Assembly: GCF_009834535.1 (NCBI RefSeq)
Contig: NC_045697.1
Coordinates: 87,050,001-87,114,000, forward strand
Reading direction: 5' to 3'
DNA from: Camelus ferus
Lineage: Eukaryota
Length of the DNA stretch: 64,000 nucleotides
Shown: positions 41,766 through 53,578 of the stretch, in pieces
How positions within the stretch are numbered: the stretch's first letter is position 1
How the letters are laid out: each line of letters begins with the position of its first letter
Made by a program: the position numbers and the translations under genes
Notes under the pieces: generated by a model
Databases searched by the model: none
Told to the model about the DNA's origin: nothing
Seen by the model: the letters and a program-made list of their open reading frames with translations, nothing else

Positions 41766-44700
41766 AGGAAGTAAGTGGATATTTGATATTAAAACCTGTA
41801 CTAGTATACCTATAGGAGTCATTCTTTTGGTGACACCTGCAACACAGGAGGTCTTATCAGAAATTATAAAAGGTGACACAGTCAGACAACTTTTGCCATA
41901 GGATAGTTAATTTCTGCTCAACAATCTACCACTGAGGCTTGGTCAGTTCTCTGAGACTTGCTTGACCTGTCTCATTGAACTCAGTATATGCGTAGGATAA
42001 CTGTCTACTTTCTCTAGGCAACTTCCTCCAGAATTTTCTTGTGGCGTCTTTCGGGCCTGATTCTCAAGTTGGTCCGGTCCCACTAACATTCTTACCCCTA
42101 GCTATTACATGTAGCACATTTAGCATTCAGAGACCAGCTTTGAGTAAGTGTTAAAGGTCAAATCTTTCATTCCTTTTCTGAATTGAATATTGATAATAAG
42201 ACTGTGCTGTAAAGGTTGTTTTCTTATATCTCTTTTATCCTTTATGAGGGCTTTCTCCTTATATCTGTTGCCCTCAAACCAAAACATCAGTAGCATTCCT
42301 CTTTCCCCATTATCTTGGCTCTATGGCCAGCATTGGTTATTCTTCCCCATGTAGGAACTTCCTTTCAGGTCTGTATCTCAGGACATAGTCAGGGCTCCTT
42401 CAGAAATTTGCTTAGGTGAATTTGCTCAGACTTCTGACAGAGGGGCCTCTTCTCTTTGCCTCCTGTTTAACAAGAATTTGGAGCATCGCTTTAGCCAGTC
42501 TTAGCAGCAGCAGATTTTTCTCTCCATATATGCAAACATTTTTATTGTCAACCAACCATCAAAGGGGATCAGGAGAAATGGTTTGAATTTATGACCGAAC
42601 TATTTGGACAGATCTGGGCTAGGAAATGTCTTACAAAGTGTATGTATAGCCCTTGTACACTTTTACATGTTGGCAACATTTTTTACTAGTTCTGACCACA
42701 CATGTTGGTTTATTACTAATTCCCTGACTCTCTTATTTTTCTCATCTCACCTCCTACCACCTGTCTCCCCGCCATTTCTACCCCTTCTGCTACTTTATTT
42801 TAAGATAATATAAGAGAAATACGCATCTGCCCATTAATTTGTTCCTACACCAAACGTTGAATGTCTTTAACGTACAGGCACTATATTAGGAAGGTCCTGG
42901 TGATACATACATATATAACAGAAAACCTCTTCCATTTTATTATTATTCATATCACAAATTCCCAAAGAAGAATAATTGAACAAAATTCATTTAAAATTTT
43001 TTACAATTTGAAACATTTTTTTCTGGGCCTTTTATTTGGTTTCTTTTAGTTTTGGGGCATTTGGTCATATATTACATATGGTTGATTTAAAATTTGCTTG
43101 AGAAACTTGTGAACGTACACTTCTTTAGTACCTGGGCTTGTGACCCAATCAGTAGAAGTCCTTCTTTCCTTTATTCCTATATTTTTCATTTCTCTTATCC
43201 ATATTCCTTTATCTTTTCCCAGTTCTACCATGCCATAATAATAATGGCAGGGGTTACTAAGTTTTCTTAGATGTTCAAAGCATTTTATGCTGAACACAGT
43301 TAAATTATTCAAGGAATTTGGTAAATTAGGGAAAATATAAAATATTTTAATGAAATGAAGGATTTTCTAGGTAAGACTTTATATCAGTTCATGATACGAG
43401 TTTTTATTTCTTTATTAAATTATTGCTGCTATTGTTTTTTGGTTGTTTTTTTTCTTGTTTAGAGTTTCCATTTTTTAATGAGATTTTTCCTGGATTTGTT
43501 CACCCGACAAAAGTAAATAGTCTTTAAAAGCCCGTTTTGGAAATGGTTAACCATTTTTAAGTTGAATTAAGGCATAAAGTTTTTTTGATCTAAGGGAGGC
43601 TTATTTAGATAGTATTATTGTATTTATAAGATTTTATTTCATACATAGCCAGCTCTCTGAGGACAGTTCATAGTAAACTTATTAAAATGTGATTGTAATG
43701 TAAATGATATTTTAGAAATTGAATTCAGGTTTTACTATAATCATTAAGCTGATTTTGAAATCTATACAGTTTGAAATTTGGTTAAAATATTTGCCCTTTA
43801 ATTGTATTTTTCTTTTTTTTAGGATATCTGGGATTTTTTCCTCTACTCTGTTGTTACTTCCTTCTTTACCTTAATGTTTTCCCTTATTTTTCCTTATTAA
43901 TTGGGGATTATAGGAGCAGCTGGCTCCCATATCCTTTATAATATGTTTCAGTGAGATTCTTAAATGTGATTTACTAAAGAACAACAAAATTCACTCAGAT
44001 TAGTGGCAATTTGTAATTAGTGCAGAGTTTTGGTGTAGAGTTTGTTGTATTCTTTCTCATCTCCTTTTTTAGCATCCTGTGCTTTTTCCTGTATAACTGT
44101 TAGATATTTTCAACTTAGCAAGCTTATGCAAAGTGGAAGTGAAACAGGAAGAGGGGAAAGTTAAGTCAAGAGAGAAAAGAGAAGGAAGAAAAAACTACAT
44201 ACTGAGCCCCTTTCACCACCCTGTGCAGGGCTGTTCTCCATATTTTTACCTGCCTCACGCTCCTGCTTTCCTTTACTTGAGTCCTCATGTAGCTGGGTTT
44301 TGTATTTTTTCTTAAGTTTTTATTTTTATACAATGGAGGAGAGAGAGAGAGGCTGTAAATGGTTTATAGTACCACAGTGAAACTGGAACTTTGGCTTGCT
44401 TTTTAAGAAATCTTGATAGAATGTTTTTTTAAAGCATGGGGGAAAATATTTTGTCTTTACACCATAGGAAGTTAATGGCTTTCACTTATTTTTACTTAGA
44501 CCTAAGAACACATTTTGAACACACACTGCTTCCTAATTTTGTTTTGTCTCCATTAAAGAAGCATCTGGAAATGTATTTTTTTTTCTTTTAGATCATGGAG
44601 GTTGGTTTTCTCAACTTATTTCTTTATGAGTTATGTAGTATCTGTAGTAATTTGATATGTTTATGATTTCTTGTCAAAATAAATGTATTTTAAACACTTG

Positions 44701-45919
44701 AATTGTTAAGAAGCTGGTATATGGTCCAGCGGAGAATTTGGAACAGGTGCCAACCCACTTGCTAGTGCCTGGCTTCTTGTCTTTATGTTGGGACTTGTTA
44801 GCATGGAAGAACAAAATGAAAGGCACTCTTTGTTGCAGTATTTTCTATAAAAATAACACTTTCAAAAGAATTTTTGTCTCTGGCAGTGTAAAACTTGGCA
44901 CCTACCGAACAAGAGGATCTTGACTCACAGATGCATAAAGACACTGTCAGCCCCGATAGAGCTACTGAATTCTTCTTGAAGTAATTCTCCCAGTTCATTA
45001 ATTTTTATTTTATCCTCTTGGAACTTGCCTATAAAGGTTTTTTGTTTTATTTTGTTTTAACCTGATCATCAGGTCTTTTGCCTTCTATGGGTGTGAGTTT
45101 GAGTTTTTGTTTTTTGGTTTTTTTTTTTTTTTGGACTTGTGACTTGTTGGATGCTTGTCTAGAAAGTACTGTAAGATACTTGCGGGGGACATTTCCCTTG
45201 GGAAGTTTATCTCACTGCTCTGTCTGTGCTTGTTTGACAGCTGTTCCTTCACTTCTAACTTTATAATTTATTCAAAAAGTTATAAAGCCATATGTGAGCA
45301 GCTGTTCACTATTTTCATCAGGACAAAATAAGAAAGACCCCAACTATTATCACGAATGATTTGGGTTAGATTGTAGGGATGATTTTCTGGCAGTAATAGT
45401 ATAACTTATTAAAAAGAGAGTTATTTAATTAAAAACCATTTTAAAGAGCATAAATAGTATTTGTTGAAAGATGAGAGGAGTCAAAAGATAAAATACTGAC
45501 TGAAAGTACGATAGTAACCCAGCTAGTTTTTGAATTCATATTCTAGTTCTAGGATTTTATGATTTCATGCTGGTGTTTGTTCTTCTCTTACAGACTGATT
45601 TTCCCATGACTTTCCATGCTTTAAGACTCTTCTATGCAATAGTATTTTTAAGCCAATTTATATTTATTTTTTAATTGGTATCTTAGCTATAGAAAGACTC
45701 ATTATTTATTTGGCATTCAGGTGCTAAATTAAACCGCAAAACTTGTTTGCCCTTAGTTTAAGAAACGTGATTATGCAAAAAGAAGAAATAAAAAATTTAT
45801 GGTAATATTGTTCATGAAACTACAAATGTAATAGCTTGATTCCCTTTATCTTTTGTCACTAGTCCTTCAGAATATAACTATTCATTGTAATCATCTTTCA
45901 GACATTAAATAAAATAGTA

Positions 45920-46090
45920 CCTAGTATTTATTAGTTACCATGTGCCAGCAAAATACAATTAATGTAATAAATGCTGTGCTGTTTGATTCTCACAATAATC
46001 CTGAGGGCTTAGGTTTCTTTGTTCCCATATTACAGATGAGAAAGAAGCTTAGAAAGATGAAGTAAATTGCCCAAAATGACACAGTAACTG
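45920..46090 (-). mobile_element. MIR fragment
   Basis: cccatattacagatgagaaa...aagtaaattgcccaaaatgacacag. Confidence 0.65.
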
Positions 46091-49000
46091 GAAAATCAAA
46101 AGATACATGAAGTTATCAAAAAGCAGAATATAAAATTGTGTATACGTTATGATCTCAGTGAAAACACACACACATGGATTTAAGAGACTAGAAGGTACTA
46201 CACCAAAATTAAAAATCATTACTTTTAGATGCTAGGAAAACAGGTAATCTTTAGTATTGACCTTATAATTTCTTACTGGCTGTACTTACTGTGTAACAAC
46301 TGTCCTCATAAACATGACATGGGAATTGCTGTTAATACTTTCATATTCTAACACCTTGACATTAAGTCGTTCATATATGCAGCACTTTCCAAATCTCTGT
46401 CCACACCATCTCACATATTTAAGAATTGTTAACCTATTTTTTTTTCACTAGTTGTATCAGCTTGTGTGAAGATAGATATTTTATGTCTTTAGATAAAGAC
46501 AGTGTCTTCTAGGATACTTTAGTTGTTCCTCTTTCTAGATACAAATTTTGAGGACATTATCTTACTCATCTCTGTGCCCTTACAGTCTCAGAGTCTAGTT
46601 GAGCACATAGAAGACATTTCTCAAAGTTTATTGAATTTATTTCCCTTGTAAATTCCAACCACACTACAGTAATTGGAAACCAATTCCTTAATTTCCAAAC
46701 ATACTCTTTTTTCTCTTTTAACGTAACTTTCAATTACACAGTTGCCCAAGTCTGAATCTTGTTACCCTTGATTTCATTCCAGGTTTATTTATTTTTATCA
46801 TCTCTTCTCTAAATCTGATTATCCAGACTCATTGATTAGCCTTATTTAATATAGTTTAATACAGTTTTTATCTTTTTTTCTTCCCTGTAGTCCCATTGCT
46901 GCTACTTCAGTTCAGATAACCACACTCTCTTATGGGAATTACTGTAGAAGCCTCTCGTCCCCACCCACCCCCGATTTTAATCCCCCCTGTACCGTGTAAC
47001 CACAGTGGTCTTTCAGAAACCTGATCATGTTATTTCCCTGATTAAACTGCTCTCTATCAGTCTCAGGATGAAGTCTAAATTTCTTTATGTTTTATGAGTC
47101 TTCAAGGTCTGATAGCTCCTCCCTCTGTTGCTAACTAACCTTCTTTGTTTCTACTCCTCTCCTGGCTCTTTAAATTCTAGCCATACCGAATTACTTTTAG
47201 TCCTCCTAATGTAATGCTTTCTCTCCCGTCTTCATGAAATTTGCTGTTACTTTCAGCTGTCTAATTTCTTTATGTTCATCACATCCCACCTTATCTGTCA
47301 CTTCTGAAAAGCTTTTTTTGACCATTTGTTTAAACTCTGTGACTACCATTTTAGCATATACCAGGCTATATAGTAATTGTATAATTGTAGAAGTATGTCT
47401 TTTTAAGGAAATATTCCATCAGGTCAGAAACTTAGTATGAACAGGAACTGTTTTGTCTTCAGGAACCATCATAGTATGAAATAGGCATTTAGTCACTATT
47501 TATTAGATTGATGCTTCTGCAGATGACTTTGCCTCATAGTTTCCTGAGCAACTGGAGACCTTCTGACATAATTCCCTTAATTCCCTGCCTTCCTGACAGT
47601 CTTAAGCTTTTTATCTTTGTAGTTTTACTCTTCTTTCCTGTCACCGCTTGGGAAGATAAATACTTAACTAAAATGTAAAGTGGAAAATATAAATTCAGTA
47701 GGAGTAAAGGGGTATTAACTGTCTTTCAAGAAGTTTAGTGGTGAGAAGGAAGATATAACGAGATGGAAAGAATGTCAAAGTAAGGTTGTTCTGAAGGATA
47801 GGGAGAAACAGAATATTTGTAGACTAAGGAAAGAATATGGTGAACAGTTTAATAAAGGTAGGGATACAGAGAGACAGCAGATGAAGCAAAAGCTCCAAAT
47901 GTCAGGAGATAGGAAGGGGGCAGGATTGGTTCACTTTTTTGCTCGTTCTCAACAGCCTTCAGGTCATTGGACTTACTCCTCAATATAGACTGCTAGTCCA
48001 TGCAGTGGCATCAGTGTTTTGGCCTGTCACTTGTCCAGTGAATGTTGAGCTTTCTGGTAAGAGCATATTAATTTCTCCTGAGGAACAAGCCTTCTCTGTT
48101 CCTGGTCCAGCTGACACTGTTTGCTACTAATCCCTGATCCTAACAAAAGAGATCATTCATTTTTTATGATGCAGATTTCCTTATCTTTTATTTTGGTGAT
48201 TTCCATGTGTGTTTCATGGAGGTGCTTAAAAGACTTTAAGAAAGACTGATTAAAAACCAAACACACTCAACTGTATTAAATACTAAATTTTATCATATTG
48301 AAGATTATCAGGTTGTATCAGGTTGCCACGTTTATTTATTTTCATACAAATCTGAGAAAAACATCCTCTTAGCCACTTATAGACATAATTGAATTTTGTT
48401 TTAAATGATGTTGAGTCAGGAAGCATATAATTCTGCACTCATCTTCAAGAAACTTTTATCTATATGTGTGCGCTCTTGTAAATTAGCTTAAGTAAATATT
48501 CTGCTATGGTGCTACTGTATTCAAGGTGCAAGTCAACATACTCCAAGGCATTGGAATCTCTGTTCCTCATGGAACATGCTTCACAGAGTGTGCTGTTCTC
48601 ATTGTATAGGTATAATAATTGTATAGTAACAACTGAATGGGTGTCGTGCAGCAGTGTAACAATAATATGGTACCTTTTTAGTTCTTATAAGTTTAAGGAG
48701 TTGCTTCTCTGACTTTTGTATTTATTAATTATTTATAAATATGGCTTTTATACATTGTATATAATATATAGATAATATTCCTCTCCAAATGTTTGTATGC
48801 ATATGTGTATGTATGCATGGGTGTGTGTGTGTTGTGTGTATGTATATATATATTCCACTGTTAAAAGTCAAAACCAAAAACTGCTAATTTAAATAACCTA
48901 CTCTATTCAGTAACCTTGTTGCCACATCTGACTGTTTCTTCTTAAATATCTCTACTTTCTGATCTGTTTAGTTTTTGATAGTTGTTGACTACCATCCTTG

Positions 49001-49226
49001 AAACTTCCTTTCCGGAATGTTTATTTTTATGCAATGTATGTTAAGGTATTCAGAAGCATCATGGTATCTGCATTCTACTTTTAACAGGTTAAACAGAAAA
49101 TTTTTAAATTGATCAAGTATGGGTGGTTTTGTGTGTACTATTTGGATGTGTGAGTGTGTAGAGAGAGAAAGTAAAAGCATGCATTAAAGCAGATGTGGCA
49201 AATATTAAAATTGGTGGAAATTGGCA

Positions 49227-49230
<4 letters not shown>

Positions 49231-49261
<31 letters not shown>
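49231..49261. repeat. (AC)15 microsatellite within an old L1 3' fragment
   Basis: Read directly. Confidence 0.95.
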
Positions 49262-49262
<1 letters not shown>

Positions 49263-49567
49263 TTATAGTACTGATTTTTTAACAATGTTTGAAGATTTTC
49301 AAAATTAAATTAAAAAAAAAAAAAGAAAAGTATAAAGAAAAGGTCAGAAACACCAGAGAGCACAAGCAGGAACTACCCATCAGGGTGTGACAGCCCTGCT
49401 GCACTTCCGCCTGTAGCAGGCCGGCTTATACAAATAACAGTCGCCTTCGTTGGAAAACAGTCAGTTTGATCCTGCTGATGATAGCTGGATGTTTTTAGGG
49501 CCGTAAGCTTATGTACACTGATCTCAAATTTAACTTTAATTTTATTAATTGGTAAAATCAAAAATCA

Positions 49568-51818
49568 TTTAGGATTATTTGTTTTCTTTCTGAGAAAAAT
49601 GTCATGGGTAATTTGATGGGGGTCGCATTAAATCTGTAGATTGCTTTGGGTTGTATGGCTGTTTTAATAGTATTAGTTCTTCCAATCCAAGAGCATGGGG
49701 ATATGTTTTCATTTTTTAAAATAATCTTTAATTTTCTTTATCAATGTTTTATACTCCTTCAGCTTTTAAGTCTTTTACCTCCTTGGTCAGGTTTATTCCT
49801 AAGAATTTTATTTTTTTGATGCAATTTTAAAAGGGATTCTGTTTTTTTGTTTGTTTGTTTGTTTTACTTTACTTTTCTGATACTTCATTGTTGGAGTAAA
49901 GAAACGCAACTGATTTCCATATATTAATCTTGTATCCTGCTACCTTGCCAAATTCTTTTATCAGCTCTAGTAGTTTGCGGTTTTCTATATATAGTATCAT
50001 GTCATCAACATATAGTGACAGTTTTACCTCTTCTTTTCCAGTTTGAATCTGTTTTATTTCTTTTTCTTGCCTGATAGCTATGGCTAGGATTTCCAGAACT
50101 ATACTGAATAGAAATGGTGAGAGTGGCCATCCTTGTCTTATTCTAGATTTTAGTGGGATGGTTTTCAGCTTTTCACCATTGAATAGTATATTGGCTGTGG
50201 GCTTGTCATAAATAGCATTTATATGGAATCACAAAGGACCCCGAATTGCCAAAGCAGTACTTAGGAAAGAGAACAAAGCTAGAAGCATAATCATCCCAGA
50301 CTTCAGACAATACTACAAAGCTACAGTAATTAAAACAGCATGGTACTGGCATAAAAACAGACATATGGATCAATGGAACAGAATAGAGAACCCAGAAATA
50401 AACTCACCCACCTATGGTCAATTAATCTTTGACAAATGAGGCAAGAATATACAATAGACAATACAATATACAGTCTTTTCAGCAAGTGCTGTTGGGAAAG
50501 CTGGACAGCCACATGTAAATCAGTGAAGTTAGAACACACCTTCACACTATACACAAAAATAAACGCAATGGCTTAAAGACTTTAACATAAGAGAGGACAC
50601 CATAAATCTCCTAGAAAAGAACATAGACACAACATTTCTTTGAAATAAATCATAACAGTGTTTTCTTAAAAGTTCTGTCTCCTAAGGAAATAAAAGTAAA
50701 AGTAAAAATAAACAGGATCTAATTAAAATTAAAAGCTTTTGCACAGCTTGTGTGAGGAAGGAAACCATCAACAAAATAAAGAGAAACCTACAGAATGGGA
50801 GAAAATATTTACAAATGATGTGACTGACAGGGGCTTAATTTCAAACAGAATTACAATATACAGAATATACAAAGAGCTCATACAACTCAATAACAGAAAA
50901 CAAACAACCCAATCAAAAAATGTGTTGAAGACCTAAAGTGACATTTCTCCAGAGAAGACATACAGATGTCCAATAGGCACATGAAAAGATGCTCAATATT
51001 GCTAATTATCGTAGAAATGCAAATCAAAACTGCAATGAGGTATCACCTCATAGTGGTCAGAATGGCCATCATTAAAAAGTTCACAAACAATTAATGCTGG
51101 AGAGGGTGTGAAGAAAAGGGAACCTTCCTACACTGTTGGAGAGACTGTAATTTGGTGCAGCCAGTATGAAACACAGTTTGGAAATTCCTTAGAAAACTTG
51201 AGTTACCATATGATCCAGCAATTCCACTCTTGGGCATATATCTGGAGAAAACTCTAATTCAAAAAGACACATGCAACCCAGTGTTCACAGCAGCATAATT
51301 TACAATAGCCAAGACATGGAAACAACGTAAATATCCATCAACAAATGAATGGATAAAGATGTGGTATATATATATGCAATGGCATAGTAATCAGTCATAA
51401 AAAAATGAAATAATGCCACTGCAGCAACACTGATGAACCTAGAGATTATCATACTAAGTGAAGCAAGTTGGAGAAAACTAGATACCACCTAAATTGCTTG
51501 TATGTGGAATCTAAAAAAATGAGGCAAATGAACTTACTTACAAGACAGAAACTCACTCAGAAAACAAATTTATGGTTACCAAAAGGGAAGAGAGAGTGAG
51601 GGACAAATAAGGAGTTTGAGATTAGCAGATATAAACTACTATTTTCTACATAAATGGATAAACAAGAAGGTTCTACTGTATAGCACACAGAACTGTATTA
51701 AATACCTTGTAATAACCTGTAATGAAAAAGAATATATATATATGAATGACTCACTGCTGTACACCAGAAAGTAACACAGCATTATAAATCAACTATACCT
51801 CAATTAAAAAAAAAAAAA
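49568..51818 (+). mobile_element. 5'-inverted (twin-primed) L1: antisense segment about 49568-50220, sense segment about 50218-51818 with poly(A)
   Basis: Strand switches at about 50220. The two breakpoints are adjacent when compared with the colinear L1 at 31195-31270. A-tail at 51806-51818. Confidence 0.88.
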
Positions 51819-53368
51819 GGAAAGAAATCAGAAAAAAAAAAAGTGAAATGAAACTGAAGGCTGATGATGCACCAGAGAAACTTATGTGTGTAACCCTCAT
51901 GCCATTAAAATAGATGAAGTGGTTGGGATAACAGACTGATATTATGTGTTAAGAGACCTAAATGGTCATGTCTTCTTAAATCCCAAGAAAGCAATTTAGG
52001 AAAAAAAATTAAATCTGATCTCAGGTTTGTGGTTAATAGTATAGTATTCTGCTTCTGTGAACAAAAACAAAAAACAACAAAATGCCCCACAAATCCATTC
52101 AAGTTCATTTGGAAGAAAGTAATCTCTCTGTTAATAACAAATAAAACCCCTCTCTTTTTGGGGTTGGTAGATTACTTGCTTTCTGACTTTTCTTCCTCTT
52201 TCCTTTTTGCTCTTAAATGTAGATAGTGCCCAGTGAGACTTGTCTTTCATCCATATCTCTCTTCTCATGGTTGGCAATTTTAATTGATCTCATGGCTTTT
52301 ATTGTTTATATGTAGGTATCTCCAAAATCTAAAATATCAGTCCTATCCTCTTTATAGAACTCCATTTGTGATATGTGATTTTTTTTTTTTTTCGGTCAGA
52401 GGATTCTTCCTGAAACACAGATAAGACCGTATCTCTTTCTAGATGAGAAAACTACAAAGACTTCTTAGGAATAGATTATTGAACTTCATCTAGTCTTCAG
52501 GGTCCTCCACTAATATGGCTTCTACTTGCTTGTCTTTTTTTTCCCCTTCTCTTAAGCCTTTTTTCTCTCATCCTCTTTATACTTCCTTCTAAGCTTTCGT
52601 AATTTTTTGGCCTTTACCTGATCATTTCCTTGTTTTCCCATTTCTGGATCTTATCCATGCTCCAAGAGTTGGCTTTCAGATTTGCCTTCCAGCTGGGAGT
52701 AATCTTTTCTGCCTGGGAACTCCCAAAGGCTTTTTCTTTTTCTTTCTTATTGTGGTTAATATCCTTTCCATTGTACTATGGTTATTTATGTGCACGTTAC
52801 TGGTAGTTGTTAAATTCTTTGAAGTCTGGATTTATGTCTCATCTGTTTCCTGTTTACATTATCTGATACATAGTTCATAATATATATTAAGTAAATACTA
52901 TGTAAAGAGCTATCTTGTTTTGGGAGCATTTTGTGGGGAACAGAATTTTGAGGATAATTCATTAATATACCAAGGGCAGAAAAGATTATATCCATAAGGA
53001 TCCACAGAACTATATTTGGAAGTAATTTTGGTAAAGGAAGAAATATAAAAATTATATATATAAATGAAACCTTGGATCACTCATTCAAGCCATTTGCAGA
53101 TATATGAAAACTAATTTTTAATGTCATCTAGAGTAGAATATAGACTTAACAGTGTGTTCAGTCATTTAAAGTTACTTATACAAGACCTGCAAAGAGAAAC
53201 ATTTTGTTTTTCTGTAGCATTTCTATGCAGCTCACGTTTGATAAACTCATAAATTTATTTCTTGATATTGTTGAAATTGTTTTAGGATATTATTGTTTCT
53301 TAAATGGTTCTGTTTCCCTTCTTGCACGTTAAAAAAATTTTTTTTTTTATTATTTATTTGTTTTGCAG

Positions 53369-53578
53369 GTAACCTGGTCAGATATAGGAGGCCTGGAAAA
53401 TATCAAACTGAAATTGAAACAGGCTGTGGAATGGCCCTTGAAGCATCCAGAGTCTTTCACCCACATGGGTATTCAGCCACCTAAAGGAGTTCTTCTGTAT
53501 GGGCCACCTGGATGCTCTAAAACAATGATTGCAAAGGCTTTGGCCAATGAGAGTAGACTGAATTTTCTAGCTATAAAG
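53369..53578 (+). CDS. AFG2A: AFG2A/SPATA5 exon, 210 nt: [28 protein letters not shown]...[32 protein letters not shown]2 Walker A
   Basis: Acceptor ttttgcag ends at 53368, donor GTGGGG at 53579. The GPPGCSKT Walker A is characteristic of AFG2/SPATA5 D2. Phase 0 to phase 0. The next exon was not found in the window. Confidence 0.97.

Noticed and set aside
49474..49525. Box C (TGATGA) and box D (CTGA) pair suggesting an intronic snoRNA
   Set aside because: Only about 45 nt span, too short, and no convincing terminal stem.
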